Shown here: positions 1 to 13,029 of the stretch, piece by piece
Layout of the letters: each line of letters opens with the position of its first letter
How positions within the stretch are numbered: the stretch's first letter is position 1
From: Eledone cirrhosa
Lineage: Eukaryota
Length of the DNA: 64,000 bases
NCBI GenBank assembly: GCA_964016885.1
Contig: OZ024742.1
Location: forward strand, 213,218,001 to 213,282,000
Direction: 5' to 3'
The notes under the pieces: generated by a model
What the model was told of the DNA's origin: nothing
The model's database searches: none
What the model saw: only the letters and a program-made list of their open reading frames with translations
Program-made: the position numbers and the translations under genes

Positions 1-280
1 CTTGTGCCTAAAGTAGAAACAATTATTTGATAGGGCATAAGAACGTATCTTGAATAGGCTTCCCAAACTACGTTGAATTACATAGAAGTAATTCCAGCCT
101 TCAAGAAGGGAAATGATATTCAGTAAAAACCGCTAAGGTTATGAGTATCTGAGTGAGAATTAATTATTATCAAATTTGCAGTTTGTGTATTTTGGGGCTT
201 GATTGCAACATGTGTGGCAACTTACATAAATCCTTGCAACTGTCAGTAAGTTTGTTATTGTTCTTGTTATATTTTAATAT

Positions 281-471
281 AATTGTTTCTACTTTTGACA
301 CAAGGCCAGCAATTACCCCCGTGCATTAGTGGAGCTTTATTTTATCGACCCCGTAAGGATGAAAGGTTAAGCTAACTTCGGCGGGATTTGAACTCGGACC
401 GTAAAGGGCCGTAACTCTATGCTGCAAAGCATGGTGTCCGACCCTCTACCGATACTGCCAATCCACCGCCC
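281..471 (-). mobile_element. tRNA-derived SINE family A, full length (fragments at 1-27, 485-518, 533-642)
   Basis: Minus strand reads GGGCGGTGGATTGGCAGTATCGG (A-box-like), GAGTTCAAATCCC (B box), core CCTTTCATCCTTACGGGGTCGATAAAATAAAG, tail GGCCTTGTG..AGAAACAATT; about 20 copies in window. Confidence 0.9.
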
Positions 472-769
472 TATATGTTAATATAATTGTTTCTACTTTA
501 GGCACAAGGCCAGCAATTTAATATAATAATATAATTGTTTCTAGTTTTGACACAAGGCCAGCAATTATACCAGCTTATTACTGGTACTTTATTTTATCGA
601 CCCCGTAAGGATGAAAGGCAAAGTTAACCTCGGTGGGATTTTAATATAATAATATAATGTCATCAGACAAGAACTAAAGTTTCAATAGCAGCCACAGACT
701 GACCAGTTAAATGTCCGTATGTAACAGGTGGTGAGGTAAATAAATATATACATATGCAACAAGTCCGAA

Positions 770-950
770 CACCATCGAACCAAACTCCCCCTGTCACTGC
801 CTCCGTCTCTCCCACTCTTCCCATCCCTCACTAATATGAGCAAATAGGGGACCACACGCTGGCTGCCCCGTGGCCCCGGGGTGGATAGGATAGAGAAGGC
901 GTTTCTCCGGAGGATGGTGAGGGAGACGCGCTGGAAGAGGTGTTGCGGTA
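770..950 (-). mobile_element. CRE-clade non-LTR retrotransposon 3' fragment
   Basis: HLFQRVSLTILRRNAFSIL matches the C-terminus of the copy at 14290-15190. Confidence 0.7.
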
Positions 951-1950
951 GGAAAGTTTTCAATTTTTTCATAAGTACCATCAATAGTCAGTGAATGTTA
1001 TAATATTGCTCATAATAGTTACAATCACACTTGACAGCAAGGAATGCTATGATGTTTACGTAGTTTCGAAGGTGTTGGTTGCACAATGTTCGTCTTTGAA
1101 GAGGTTCAGCTTAAAAGTTTGACATTTTGGAATACATCTGTATTTTCCTCCAAAACATTTCAGAATTATTCTGATTTTTCAAAAATGCTTGTCTGAAACA
1201 GGGACCATATAATACAGTAGAATTCTGAAGCACCACCAAGCAATGCACATTCCCCATTCAAGAAAAAACTATCGAAAGCTGCTCACACTAATAAAACAAA
1301 ACGAAACGAAACAAAAAAAATCCATTAATCACATGCCAGGCATTTGCTGTAGATTATATGGAGGAGAATCTCTGTAGCAGTCAAAATAAAAGGTTGACAA
1401 GTTCTAATGTAAAGGGAAATATTAGGACCAGTAATAACATAACACATAGTGTGTAATAAAAAAAATTATATAGAGTTATGGAATGAAATATCCATTATAG
1501 ATAAGGAATCGATGTGGGAACTAAAAAAAAAAACGAACAAAATCGCACAGAAAAAAACACAGAAAAAAACACACAAAAAAAGAAAAAGCAAAAATTCCAA
1601 CAAATCAGCATTATGCTTACTGATAGTTTCTGATAACCCAATCAGTAAGCCTAGCGCTATTTCTGCTCAATATAGCTGCCATTAGTGTAATATTATACGT
1701 AAATACTCTAGAATGAACAAATAATTGCACTGAAACGAATGATTAGAATAATAGGTTCTGAATTCCAATCCAATGTAGATATTTGACACCTGACACCGGT
1801 TACCACTAGATCTCTTAGAAATGGTGACTAAATGTTGAACAAATCACGTTATATCACCTTAAAAAGTATATACACACTGGATAATTTAGCAGTCCGAGAA
1901 ACATTGTGTTGATGATGTTTGTATGTATATATATATATATATATATATCA

Positions 1951-1981
<31 letters not shown>

Positions 1982-2089
1982 TATGTGTGTGTGTATGTGT
2001 GTGTGTGTATGTGTGTGTCTCTGTGTGTCTCTCTGTGTGTGTGTGTATGTACACTGTTTTTACTCTCTCCCACTTTTATTTGTTCCAGC

Positions 2090-2360
2090 TGGCTAGCTGG
2101 GGTGCCTTGAATCACAAGCTATTGCAGCATCTGGTCCTTATTTTGTTGTGGAAGGTGAGAGTTCAATACTATTCAGTGGTGTCTTGTTTAGGGTTTGGTG
2201 AAGATTTTAATGTCAACATTTGGTGCTACTCGTTCCAGAATCTTATATATATCACTGCGTGTCTTTCCTGCCTCCGCTCCAGAGAATAGAAACTTAATTT
2301 TTTCAGCCTTTCCCCGTACCTCATCTCTTTCATTGGGACCACCTTTTTGGTGTAGCATCA
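2090..2360 (-). mobile_element. CR1/L2-group LINE 3' coding fragment, decayed
   Basis: Manual minus-strand translation YGERLKKLSFYSLERRQERH resembles RLEKLKLYSLQRRHERY at 56227-56634. Confidence 0.65.
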
Positions 2361-2716
2361 TTAGATTGCTTCAGGTTTCGCAGATAATTTGATACTCTGA
2401 TATAACCCTAATTGAAAGCAATAATCCAGGCAGCTGAGGACAAATATCATTCAAATGACCAGCATGATTCCTGATCTCTTGTCCAGAAAGACATCAGAAT
2501 CCGTTCGGTCTGTTGTTAGCACATTATGCCATGGTGATTATGTCATGGTGATATTCGTATGAAGCAACCTATCACTGCTCATATAAATTTCCATATCACG
2601 CACTGATTTTAGATTCAGGGATTGCAATACTTCCCGGTTCAGAATATCTACAAAATGCTACGTGTTTCCCAAACGATATATGCTTCTTTCTCCCTTCATG
2701 TATCTATCTTTAAATT

Positions 2717-2753
<37 letters not shown>

Positions 2754-2798
2754 GTGACGAAACATAAGTCAATTGCATGAACTCATAATCCTTTATTT

Positions 2799-2854
2799 AC
2801 TGCTATATATATTTCGATGATAGCCATTGAATGGCTATGACCTCATCAGGCAGT
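2799..2854 (-). ncRNA. Type I hammerhead ribozyme, intact core
   Basis: ACTGC-CTGATGA-GGTCATAGCCAT TCA ATGGCTATCATC-GAAA-TATATA-TA-GCAGT, then AAATAAA. Confidence 0.85.
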
Positions 2855-2966
2855 TAGTTAGTTCTTAGATATGGCAGCTCTGTGTGTATAGTGTTAATGG
2901 TATCAGAGCCTTGGGACATATGTATATATATATATATATATATATACATATTGTATATGTTAATAC

Positions 2967-3125
2967 ATATTGTATATGTTAATGTTATGATCAATAAACG
3001 TAATGAAGGCATAACAAATCGTCGTTGTATTATTATATTAACAAATCGTCCTTGTATTGTTATATTTACACTGTTTAGCTCTACACCTCGGTACAGACGT
3101 GAATCTAAACATCGAGTGCTCACCT

Positions 3126-3169
<44 letters not shown>

Positions 3170-3722
3170 AAGGCGGGTAAAATTCCCGAGATCCATGGAC
3201 GAGTTCTCTCCAGCGGTCTCTGTCCCTCATTATCGCTGCCATGTCCTGCGTCTCCAACAGACCAGTGTCTGTCCTTAGGGCATCAACATACGTTAACCTT
3301 GGTATTCCTCTTCTAGTGTGTCCATGTCCGGTGTGGAAGTAGGACCTTCGTAGAGACCTGAAAATCCGCCTCTTCATTGCTGTAGTGGAGTCTGTGCTGC
3401 TGTATGGGTCTGAGACTTGAACACTGACCAAGAAACTCACTCAGATGGTGGATGGGTGCTACACGAGAATGCTGAGGATGGCTCTGAACATTAATCAGTA
3501 TCCACTGAGGATGAAAAACTCAGAGCTGTATGGGAGCATCCCAAAAGTCAGCTCAAAAGTGACACAGAGGCGACTGAGGTTAGCTGGACATGCTCACCGA
3601 CATCCAGAGTTGACATATATACGTTGTATTATTATATTAACAAATCGTCCTTGTATTGTTATATTTACACTGTTTAGCTCTACACCTCGGTACAGACGTG
3701 AATCTAAACATCGAGTGCTCAC

Positions 3723-3796
<74 letters not shown>

Positions 3797-3996
3797 AGGT
3801 GAGCACTCGATGTTTAGATTCACGTCTGTACCGAGGTGTAGAGCTAAACAGTGTCAATATAACAATACAAGGACGATTTGTTAATATAATAATACAACGA
3901 CGATTTGTTATGCCTTCATTACGTTTATTGATGGGTGACGCGCGTTTCGCTATATATACTATTTTAACGTATCATAACATTAACATATACAATATG
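2967..3996. repeat. PLE-terminus-like repeat in three copies: direct 2967-3127 and 3622-3725, inverted 3795-3996
   Basis: Near-identical sequence ending GAGTGCTCACCTG at (TA)n; inverted copy keeps the HHR 3' half GAAACGCGCGTCACC; same family as 17470-18072. Confidence 0.8.
3168..3612. mobile_element. RTE-clade LINE 3' fragment with inverted 5' part
   Basis: 3328-3612(+) VESVLLYGSET..DGCYTRMLRMALN..RRLRLAGHAHRHPEL; 3168-3327(-) HGHTRRGIPRLTYVD..DRDRWRELV. Confidence 0.85.
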
Positions 3997-4116
3997 AATG
4001 ACGAATGTGTTTCTGAGTGAAAGAGCTCAATGGATGTTTGTTCAGAGCATCAATAATTCAAATAAAAAAAAAATATGTATATAGCCATATATCGTTAGAG
4101 AAACATATAATATTCT

Positions 4117-4207
<91 letters not shown>

Positions 4208-4234
4208 ATTTTAGGCAGAAGCAGGAGTGTGCGT

Positions 4235-4276
4235 GGCTCTGATGAACGCCAACGAGCGTGAAACAGACTGTCAGCT
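4235..4276 (+). ncRNA. Type I hammerhead ribozyme, intact canonical core
   Basis: GGCT-CTGATGA-ACGC CAACGA GCGT-GAAA-CAGACTG-TC-AGCT; distal stem I extension GGAG/CTCC. Confidence 0.9.
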
Positions 4277-4443
4277 TCTCTCCGAAACTTCCTTCGCCGA
4301 AAGAAGTAAGTGATATAGTCACTACTTTAAAACTGATGGCGTATGGCCTTCTAAATGTTTTTAATTAAACATACGGTATATTGCCAAATATACTATACAT
4401 ACATTCATGTATACATCGCTATTTCAGAGCACCAATCCTAATA

Positions 4444-4478
<35 letters not shown>

Positions 4479-4667
4479 TACTTGAGGAGGGTCATATTGT
4501 TATAATATTGCCAGAAATAATAATAAAACACACTCACTGTTTGGTTTGGATTGGTTTTCGCTTCTGTATCTTTCATATCTCCATAGTTAATTTATCTGGC
4601 AATCAATGTTTCTCATTGATTGACCAACGGTTAAAAATACAGATATAAATATATATATATATAGTCT

Positions 4668-4709
4668 ATCAAAGTTCTTTCATCACATACCTGTGACATC
4701 ATCAGTGGT
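4668..4709 (-). ncRNA. Type I hammerhead ribozyme motif (intact core, one stem I mismatch)
   Basis: ACCA-CTGATGA-T GTCACA GGTA TGTGAT-GAAA-GAAC-TT-TGAT. Confidence 0.65.
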
Positions 4710-4987
4710 ACTATTATGTTTCCTCCCGTTGTATTGTATATTATTCTTGCGTGTGTGTGTGTTTTCTTTCTGTTTGGTGTGTTTGTTCGTGTCTGAGTCT
4801 ATGTGTGTTTGTATTCTATCTTTGTTCACTAGTGTGTGTTTATGTGTAGTTGTTGTTATTGTACTTGTGTATAAATATATTTATTTATTTATATTTACTT
4901 TAGGTCAGTATTGTGTATTTCTGTATGGTTGTTGTTGTGGTTGTTATTCCATTCATTTTTTTCTGTTCAACTTTCGGTTTCTTAGTT

Positions 4988-5254
4988 CTATTTCAGTTGC
5001 TTCTCTGATTTGTCTGCCTGTTGAGTCATTTCTATGTTTTTTTTTTTTATTAATTTCATGTTTCTGCAAGTACCCTCTGTACATCTCATGCTATAGACTA
5101 CATTTCTAGTTTTAAAATTTATTTGAGGATTTATTCTACATATAACACATTTCTTATTCGTATACATAAAAAACATAATATTTTGGAAACACCATTCTTT
5201 CTTTGTATGAAATCGGCTGTATTTAGACCTAAAGAGGGGGGTGGGCTCCGCCAA
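4988..5254 (-). mobile_element. Possible decayed PLE GIY-YIG endonuclease fragment
   Basis: CVIC..INFKTRNVVYSMRC resembles the C-K-S/T-x-N-V-V-Y-x-I-x-C start of PLE EN; upstream of the HHR at 4668 on the same strand. Confidence 0.45.
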
Positions 5255-7229
5255 ATTTAAAGTGCCAAAGAAACCACGTATGTTACAAAGGCGTTGGTCC
5301 GTCGATCTAACTATCCGCCCGTCTCTCTATCCGTCTATACGTCCATAAGAAAGACTGTGGCTCATATTGTGGCTACTTCACAACGCTAGTATTCTGCTAG
5401 TTCATTATATCTTGGACACCGTTATCGGATATGGTGGTGTGGTTTTCCAAGTTTTAGCGCTTTCAAGAGACTCACTTGATCTGTGTTAACGGATGAATCT
5501 GCGGGTTGACGATGCATTTTTGATTATAATGTTTTCATTAAAGACCCATGATGTTGAATCAAGATTTTCTGAAAAGTAAAATGACGCCAAAAGCCATTAA
5601 ATAAATGCAATTATACTCCATAACATTATGAACTGAGTACTTTGATTCTGTTAATTATAGACAACACAAAACAAACTCGCTCACCAACACACACACGCAC
5701 ACACAACACACACACACACGCACACCCGCACACACGCACACACGCACATACACATACACACACACCTACGCCTACACATACACACGAGTGAGTTTGCGTG
5801 TAATGTATTATTTGTTTAATGTCGATGATTCATTCTACAGTTGTGAGAAATACATACATACATAAATACATACACACATACATACCATCATACATACATA
5901 TATACATACATAAATACATAAGACATAAATACTCACACACATACATACATACACACATACATACATATATACATACATACATATCTACATACATAAATAC
6001 ATACACACATACATACCATCATACATACATATATACATACATAAATACATAAGACATACATACACACACACATACATACATACATACATACATACACACA
6101 AAAATACACACATACATACACATATACATTCATACACACATACATACAAGTATGCTTAAGTGTGAAAAATGTTGCAATCGTTTAATAATTTATGATATCT
6201 GCAGCTATATAATTTCGTAACCAGAAGATAATCGAATGACATATTTCCAGTTTCAAGAAGATATCTTTCGTACAAGAAAAAAGGGAAAAAATGATAAAAT
6301 GAAATACGTATTTCAACGAAATAAAATATTTCCAAGTAGACAAACAAAACTGTATATAACTCAAAAGGGAAAATAAAGAATACTTTATTGTACAATATTT
6401 ACTGAAATATAACCACTATCAGTTGTGCAATTGCTGATTCTAATAATACTGTTGATAGTGGAGTTTGTCAGCCGCGAGAAACGGCTTAATTGGGAAGGCG
6501 TTCCTTTTATTAAGTTGAAATTTCAACTCGTTCAATTTTCTAGTTGAAATTTACTGACAGACCTTTCACTTTGCCAACACTGTGGGTGTTATTGTAATCA
6601 GGTGGTATACGTCAACGTTACCAACCTTAAACCTACCTTTACCAACCTGGAGCCTACATGGATTCTACACACCTCGAATGCTACTAGACTGGTACCCCCC
6701 TCACTATTTACAAACACGCACTCGCTCACATGAATACACCTATACAGGCAATCACACAATACACACCAGCAGCCAGACATCTCTCCCAGCATACACACGC
6801 TTACACATATGTACGATATCACACACACACGCGCGCAAATGCATCGTAATGTGCATCTCACCCATTGCACGTCTCTCATCCTCACTCCATCCCCACCACC
6901 ACGCTTGACGACTCCTTCTCCCCTCCTTCCCCCTCCTTTATATATTTTTATTTTTATATTTTTCTTTATAACTTTATTTTAACAACCTTCCATTTTTTTT
7001 CGTATTTTTCATTCTTTAACGTTATTTTCTTTAGTATTTCCTTTTTGTGATATTCTTGATGAAGGGAAAATACCCGATATGTTGACTCTGTAACTCATTC
7101 TTCTTCATCCAAGCGTGAAACTAATACACTTCTTCTTAATGCATCTTCTTGCTTGCTCGTTTCGTGTTGCCTAGACGTAAGTCACTGATTTGGCTGGAAT
7201 TTATCTGCATTTATATGCATAAAGCAAAC

Positions 7230-7520
7230 GAGGATATCCCTGCCCTGCATGGTGGTTTATATAGAGACGACGCTCAATTTATCGCAAATAATTACAACCC
7301 ATGCAGGATCAAAAACCTCAATAAGCAATTCCATAGGCTCTTTAAGAATTATAGACTCACAATAACTATTGTGTTTAACAGTAAGGTTGTGAATTTACTG
7401 GGTGCAACTTTCGAACTAGATACTGAACTTTACCGTCCCTACCATAAGCCAGGCGAATTCCTATTTTATGTAAATAGATTATCAAATCATCCGCCTCTGA
7501 TTATTGGCCCAAATATACAC
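7230..7520 (+). mobile_element. Penelope-like reverse transcriptase fragment
   Basis: GLYRDD..VVNLLGATF..YRPYHKP..YVNRLSNHPPLII is typical of PLE RT motifs 5-7 and thumb. Confidence 0.85.
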
Positions 7521-7563
7521 CCCTGATCTCTCTCTCTCTCTCTCTCTCTCTCTCCCCCCCCTC

Positions 7564-7646
<83 letters not shown>

Positions 7647-7647
7647 T

Positions 7648-7694
<47 letters not shown>

Positions 7695-7721
7695 TAGATA
7701 GATAGATAGATAGATGAATAT

Positions 7722-7930
7722 GTGAAGGCGCATGGCTTAGTGGTTAGAGCGTCGAACTTACAATGGTGCCAAGCTGTATCGGCATTTGCCTTTCCCTTGG
7801 ATAACATCGGTGGCGTGGAGAGGGGAGACTAGTATGCTGGTCTTCTACAAAAATAACCTGGCATGGACTTGTGCCCCGGAGGGGGACGTTCTAGATGAAA
7901 TCCCATAGTCATTCGTGACGAAGAGGATGA
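7722..7930 (+). mobile_element. tRNA-derived SINE family B (related copies about 21141-21250 +, 25775-26020 +, 26085-26250 -)
   Basis: Head GAAGGCGCATGGCTTAGTGGTTAG; other copies carry a GTTCGA B box and TGAGCAAGACACTTTATTT core. Confidence 0.7.
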
Positions 7931-8886
7931 GGGGTCTTTCTTTCACATATATATATATATTTCCTTGTACAAATAGGGAACAGATTTTCTTTCAAACATG
8001 TTATATTAACTAAAGACATGACTGTGTTAATGCTGGATACTTTTTGGTTAAATTCTTTTTCTATATTTCAACATTAGTTCTTTACATTTATTTTGGAACA
8101 ATAGCTTCCTTATATCTACAAGTCTATTATGATTTCGAGACACTGTCAGCCTCATCATTAGAATAAGAATGACTATAGTAACAACATGTTGTTTACACGT
8201 TTTGTAGTCGTCGCAAAGTATCGAGTGACTACTGGTAAAATATATACTGCCTGGTTTAAATAAAAAAGTATTATTCAACAATTAAGTTCTACTAGTTTTC
8301 ATCATTAATTCCATGTATTTGTGTGTTGAATATGAATCAGTTGAAACAGTTGACACCTCCTATTTGCAATATCCTATTCTTTTTAACATCTTTATGGCAT
8401 GGTAATTATGCCATGAAAATGGTTAAACAGAAGAAAAGAAAGAAAGGAAAGACGGGCAGTATTTATTACCATTTCTTTTTATACAGAATACCTTACTTGG
8501 AATGAGAGCAAGAAAACACAACTCTTAGAATAATGAATTATCCTTAGACCGGAGACTTTGATTGAATACATGCATTCTCGCTACATGCTAAGATGTTACA
8601 ATGGGCGACCGTTTATGTCTACTACACACTCACAAGCATACACAAAGATGCACGCACGACTGCACTCACACACGCATATACACAACTATACACAAACGAT
8701 CCTGTTAGAAATAGTAGCTAAATATTCCTTAGATAACAACTTTCTGTCGTGAAAATGAAGGGCTACATTAGGTAATGTAGGCCTTTTTATCTAATACCCA
8801 TTAATATTGGCTGGAATACCTTTGACCATTGGTGTTCTCACTCAGGTTTGATCCGGGGCTAACTAATGATAAAAAATGCACAGAAA

Positions 8887-8932
<46 letters not shown>

Positions 8933-10317
8933 CATCTTTGATTTTACTCTTAGGTATATTAAATAAGGGTTGAATGACGGTCTACATAGAAATGACAAGC
9001 CTGAGTGGTAGAAGTGAGATACGGGTAAATCGCTAAATACCAGTCTTTAGTAACAGGATTGTATTGGTGATAAAAACAATTTTCTATTCTTTCATTAAGA
9101 ACGAAAGAATTCATACGCCAGGACGTAATCAAATTACGGTTTCAGACTCTTTTGAGTCTTTTTTCTGGTTCCCTGGGGAAGGGGTCGAGTGGCGTTCAAA
9201 GCGATAAATATCAGAACTTTTAGTTCCAGGTACATTACTAAACATCAGTTTCTTCTCAATCCCACCGAGTCTTCTCATAGATAAGATGTTATAGCTATAT
9301 AGAAAATACTGCTTAGCTAAAATGCAGTTCAGCCCAATATACGATATTATGGCTATATAGAAAATATTGTCTTGTTAACAAGTAGGCAAACGTGATTGCA
9401 TAATAGAAGTAGCTTGACAACTGTTAAAATATATATATATATATATATATATTTTTATATGAACGTTAAAGTGTCAGGCAACATTTTTGAAATAGTTACA
9501 GGGTGTTATTACTTTGAGGAGTAATGAGTGGTTATAAGCGGAGACTGACAATAGGTGATGCATTAAAAACCAGTTTTTCCAGTTTCCGTACTGTTTGACC
9601 TACCTCTTCATCTCATAATCAGTTCTACTCTTAGATTGTGTATGTTTTAAAGGTATAAATGCATTCAGGTATATTGAATTTTAAATTCTACGCTGTGCTC
9701 TCTAGCAGGTTGAACGACGGCGAAGTTGTTTCTTGTTTTTGTTGTTGACAATGATAATGTTGTTGTCGTGGTTGAATTGATATAGTTTAGTTCAGGATAG
9801 CTCATTACTATGATCACTGTAGATGCAGCTGGATAGTTCTGTAATTTTTAAAGCCATATTTTATTATTCGTTTTGTTAGACAGTGTGAGTTATGGAGGTT
9901 TGGGTGTTACTTCTAGAAGATTGAACAGCAGCGTAGAGATAACCGCGTTGGCTGGGCTTGCTTAGTATCATTGCGCTGTGTAATATGTGTTGAGAACTGT
10001 AGAATTTAACATAAAGCAGAGTCAGGCACAACCAGCCTCCAGTTTACATTGAAGCAGTGTACGAACCTATGTGAAGTGGTTTAGAATGAAACATGTTCGT
10101 ATTGACACTGTACTTCTAATGATCACACTCATTTCCCATTACATTCCTTATTTAATGAATGCTAATTAATTAAAATTGCGTCATTGTCTTAACTGATTTA
10201 TTACAAAAAAAAAACAAGAAAAAAAACAGTATTAATCATTTAGATAATGATTTGTTCGCACAACTAAGGGTGTAATTCTTATTCATTAAAATTTATTAGC
10301 TTACTACATCTATTATG

Positions 10318-11115
10318 TTAGCGACTGTTTCATTGAGTTTTCATGCACTAAGGGTCCCTGGGAAACTTTTTCATTAAACGACTGTTTCATTAAGTTTTTA
10401 TGCACTAAGGGTCCCTGGGAAACTTTTTCATTAAGCGACTGTTTCATTAAGTTTTTATGCACTAAGGGTCCTTGGGAAACTTTTTCATTAAGCGACTGTT
10501 TCATTAAGTTTTTATGCACTAAGGGTCCCTGGGAAACTTTTTTCATTAAGCGACTGTTTCATTAAGTTTTTATGCACTAAGGGTCACTGGGAAACTTTTT
10601 CATTAAGCGACTGTTTCATTAAGTTTTTATGCACTAAGGGTCCCTGGGAAACTTTTTCATTTAGCGACTGTTTCATTAAGTTTTTATGCACTAAGGGTCA
10701 CTGGGAAACTTTTTCATTTAGCGACTGTTTCATTAAGTTTTTATGCACTAAGGGTCACTGGGAAACTTTTTCATTTAGCGACTGTTTCATTAAGTTTTTA
10801 TGCACTAAGGGTCTCAGGGAAACTTTTTCATTAAGCGACTGTTTCATTAAGTTTTTATGCACTAAGGGTCACTGGGAAACTTTTTCATTAAGCGACTGTT
10901 TCATTAAGTTTTTATGCACTAAGGGTCACTGGGAAACTTTTTCATTAAGCGACTGTTTCATTAAGTTTTTATGCACTAAGGGTCCCTGGGAAACTTTTTC
11001 ATTAAGCGACTGTTTCATTAAGTTTTTATGCACTAAGGGTCCCTGGGAAACTTTTTCATTAAGCGACTGTTTCATTAAGTTTTTATGCACTAAGGGTCCC
11101 TGGGAAACTTTTTCC
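10318..11115. repeat. 57-bp minisatellite, about 14 copies
   Basis: Unit TTAAGCGACTGTTTCATTAAGTTTTTATGCACTAAGGGTCCCTGGGAAACTTTTTCA, near-identical copies. Confidence 0.95.
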
Positions 11116-11347
11116 TAATAATTTATTTAATTCAAAATGTCCGTTAGTTTTGTTGATACAATGACACCCACATAAAACTTACAACAAAAACAAGACAAAA
11201 ACTAACAAATGTGAGACGAGATAACTTGGAAAGCTAAACAAAGCATTACAAAGTGGTGATGTTTTCAACATCCTTAAAAGAGAAGCTGTACTTCATTTAC
11301 AGAAACATACATAAATAATTCCATCCATACATACATATTTACATACA

Positions 11348-11381
<34 letters not shown>

Positions 11382-11939
11382 CATACATACATTCATACAT
11401 TACACACATACATGTGTGTGCATTTTCGTCTTTATTTTTCCTATGACTTTGTTGCAACTCCCTTACGGTTGAGTAAAATGTAGGCTGTAACTAACTGCTT
11501 CTTCTAGCAATGAACTTACTGGCCACCAGTCTACCCTTCACATCACTTCTATCTTGACTGCCAGTCACGTGATAATTTTCACCTTTCACCCCTTTCGAAT
11601 TTGTACTAGCAAAGATCACTTTGGAAAAAAGTCGGTCCTAATGGATTATGCAGCGATTATACATTTCCACAAAGTACAAGCGAAACTATCGATAGTCGGG
11701 ACTAGAGGAATATTTAAACATTTATCTATCATTTCTTCAAACTTGCATTTTAAACTTAGCTCCGTTTAAATGATTATTTATTTAGTTAATTTCTCCAGAC
11801 TAAGAAGAAAAATTAGGTAAATTTTATCTGCCTGTTCTTCAAACTTCTAATTATATATACGACGGCTATTTCTGGACTATTAGTCCAGAAATAGGCGTCG
11901 AAACGGCTTGAGCTCTGCCGTCGGGGTTAAACATTTTCC

Positions 11940-12026
<87 letters not shown>

Positions 12027-12472
12027 CGAAGGAATTGTGGTAAGGAACCAGATGGATCATAACGCACCGAATTACTCAATACTTAAGATAGTAGAGTGGG
12101 TAATAGGAACAAGTATGACCCCGACGGCAGATTGTGGAAATGGAGTAGTAACCAGAAATTCTTTTTTTTTATATATTTATTTTCTTATTTTTATAATTAG
12201 TTCTTTTACTCCCATTCGACTTACCTATTCTTTCAACCCCTCCTCCTCTTCCCCAGTACATTCTTTCGACCTTTTATACAGTATCCTTAGAATCTGCTGT
12301 ATAGATTTCACTTTCAACGCCTGACAGGCTTTCCCCCACTCCCTCTTTGTTCTACCGGCAAGTTCAGCCACCCCTACCTCCCTCCCACCAAATGCCATGA
12401 TAGATTTATCTGTCTTTAAAACAAATTTTGACCAATCCTCTTGACAATTACTATCTTCCCATATAAGGAAAT

Positions 12473-12568
12473 ACCCCCTGAGAAGTTCGGCTATTTATTT
12501 ACCAGGCTAAAAATTCTTATTTAATCCAGAAATAGCCGTCGAAACGGCTTGAGCTCTGCCGTCAGAGT
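12473..12568 (+). ncRNA. Type I hammerhead motif with long stem II and full stem III; core CTGAGAA
   Basis: ACCCC-CTGAGAA-GTT CGGCTATTT..AAATAGCCG TC-GAAA-CGGC TTGAGCTCT GCCG-TC-AGAGT; sibling copies (11861-11930 +, 12100-12130 -) have GGGGT, restoring stem I; another partial copy at 13506-13598 -. Confidence 0.75.
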
Positions 12569-12598
12569 CATACTTGTTCCTATATATATATATATATA

Positions 12599-13029
12599 GT
12601 GGTAGAACACTGGACGGTAATATCCGTAGTGGTAGAGCACTCAGTCCATGGGACGAGTTAGGTAGAAGTGGTTACACAACAGTTAGTTCACCATACCGAG
12701 GACAATTGTCTCACCTTAACGGATCCTCACCTCGTAATGTACATGGTTATACGGAACAGGAAGGACAACCGTACGAACGCACATGCGCAGAAACGATCAC
12801 TTCAAACAGGCAATACTAAATTGTGTGCGAGAGGTGTAATTTTCGCAGTTATCTCCCTTACACCTCTCGCACGCAATTTAGTATTGCCTGTGTGAAGTGA
12901 TCGTTTCTGCGCATGCGCGTTCGTACGGTTGTCCTTCCTGTTCCGTATAACCATGTCCATTACGAGCTGAGGATCCGCTAAGGTGAAACAATTGTTCTCG
13001 GTATGGTGAACTAACTGTTGTGTAACCAC

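Noticed and set aside
281-471. tRNA genes
   Set aside because: A and B boxes belong to SINE heads; no full cloverleaf
8497-8862. Possible small minus-strand host exons (about 8820-8862 and 8497-8580)
   Set aside because: Splice-like signals only; the joined frame hits a stop and there is no recognisable homology
10318-11115. CRISPR array or repetitive protein
   Set aside because: No unique spacers; frame broken; eukaryotic context
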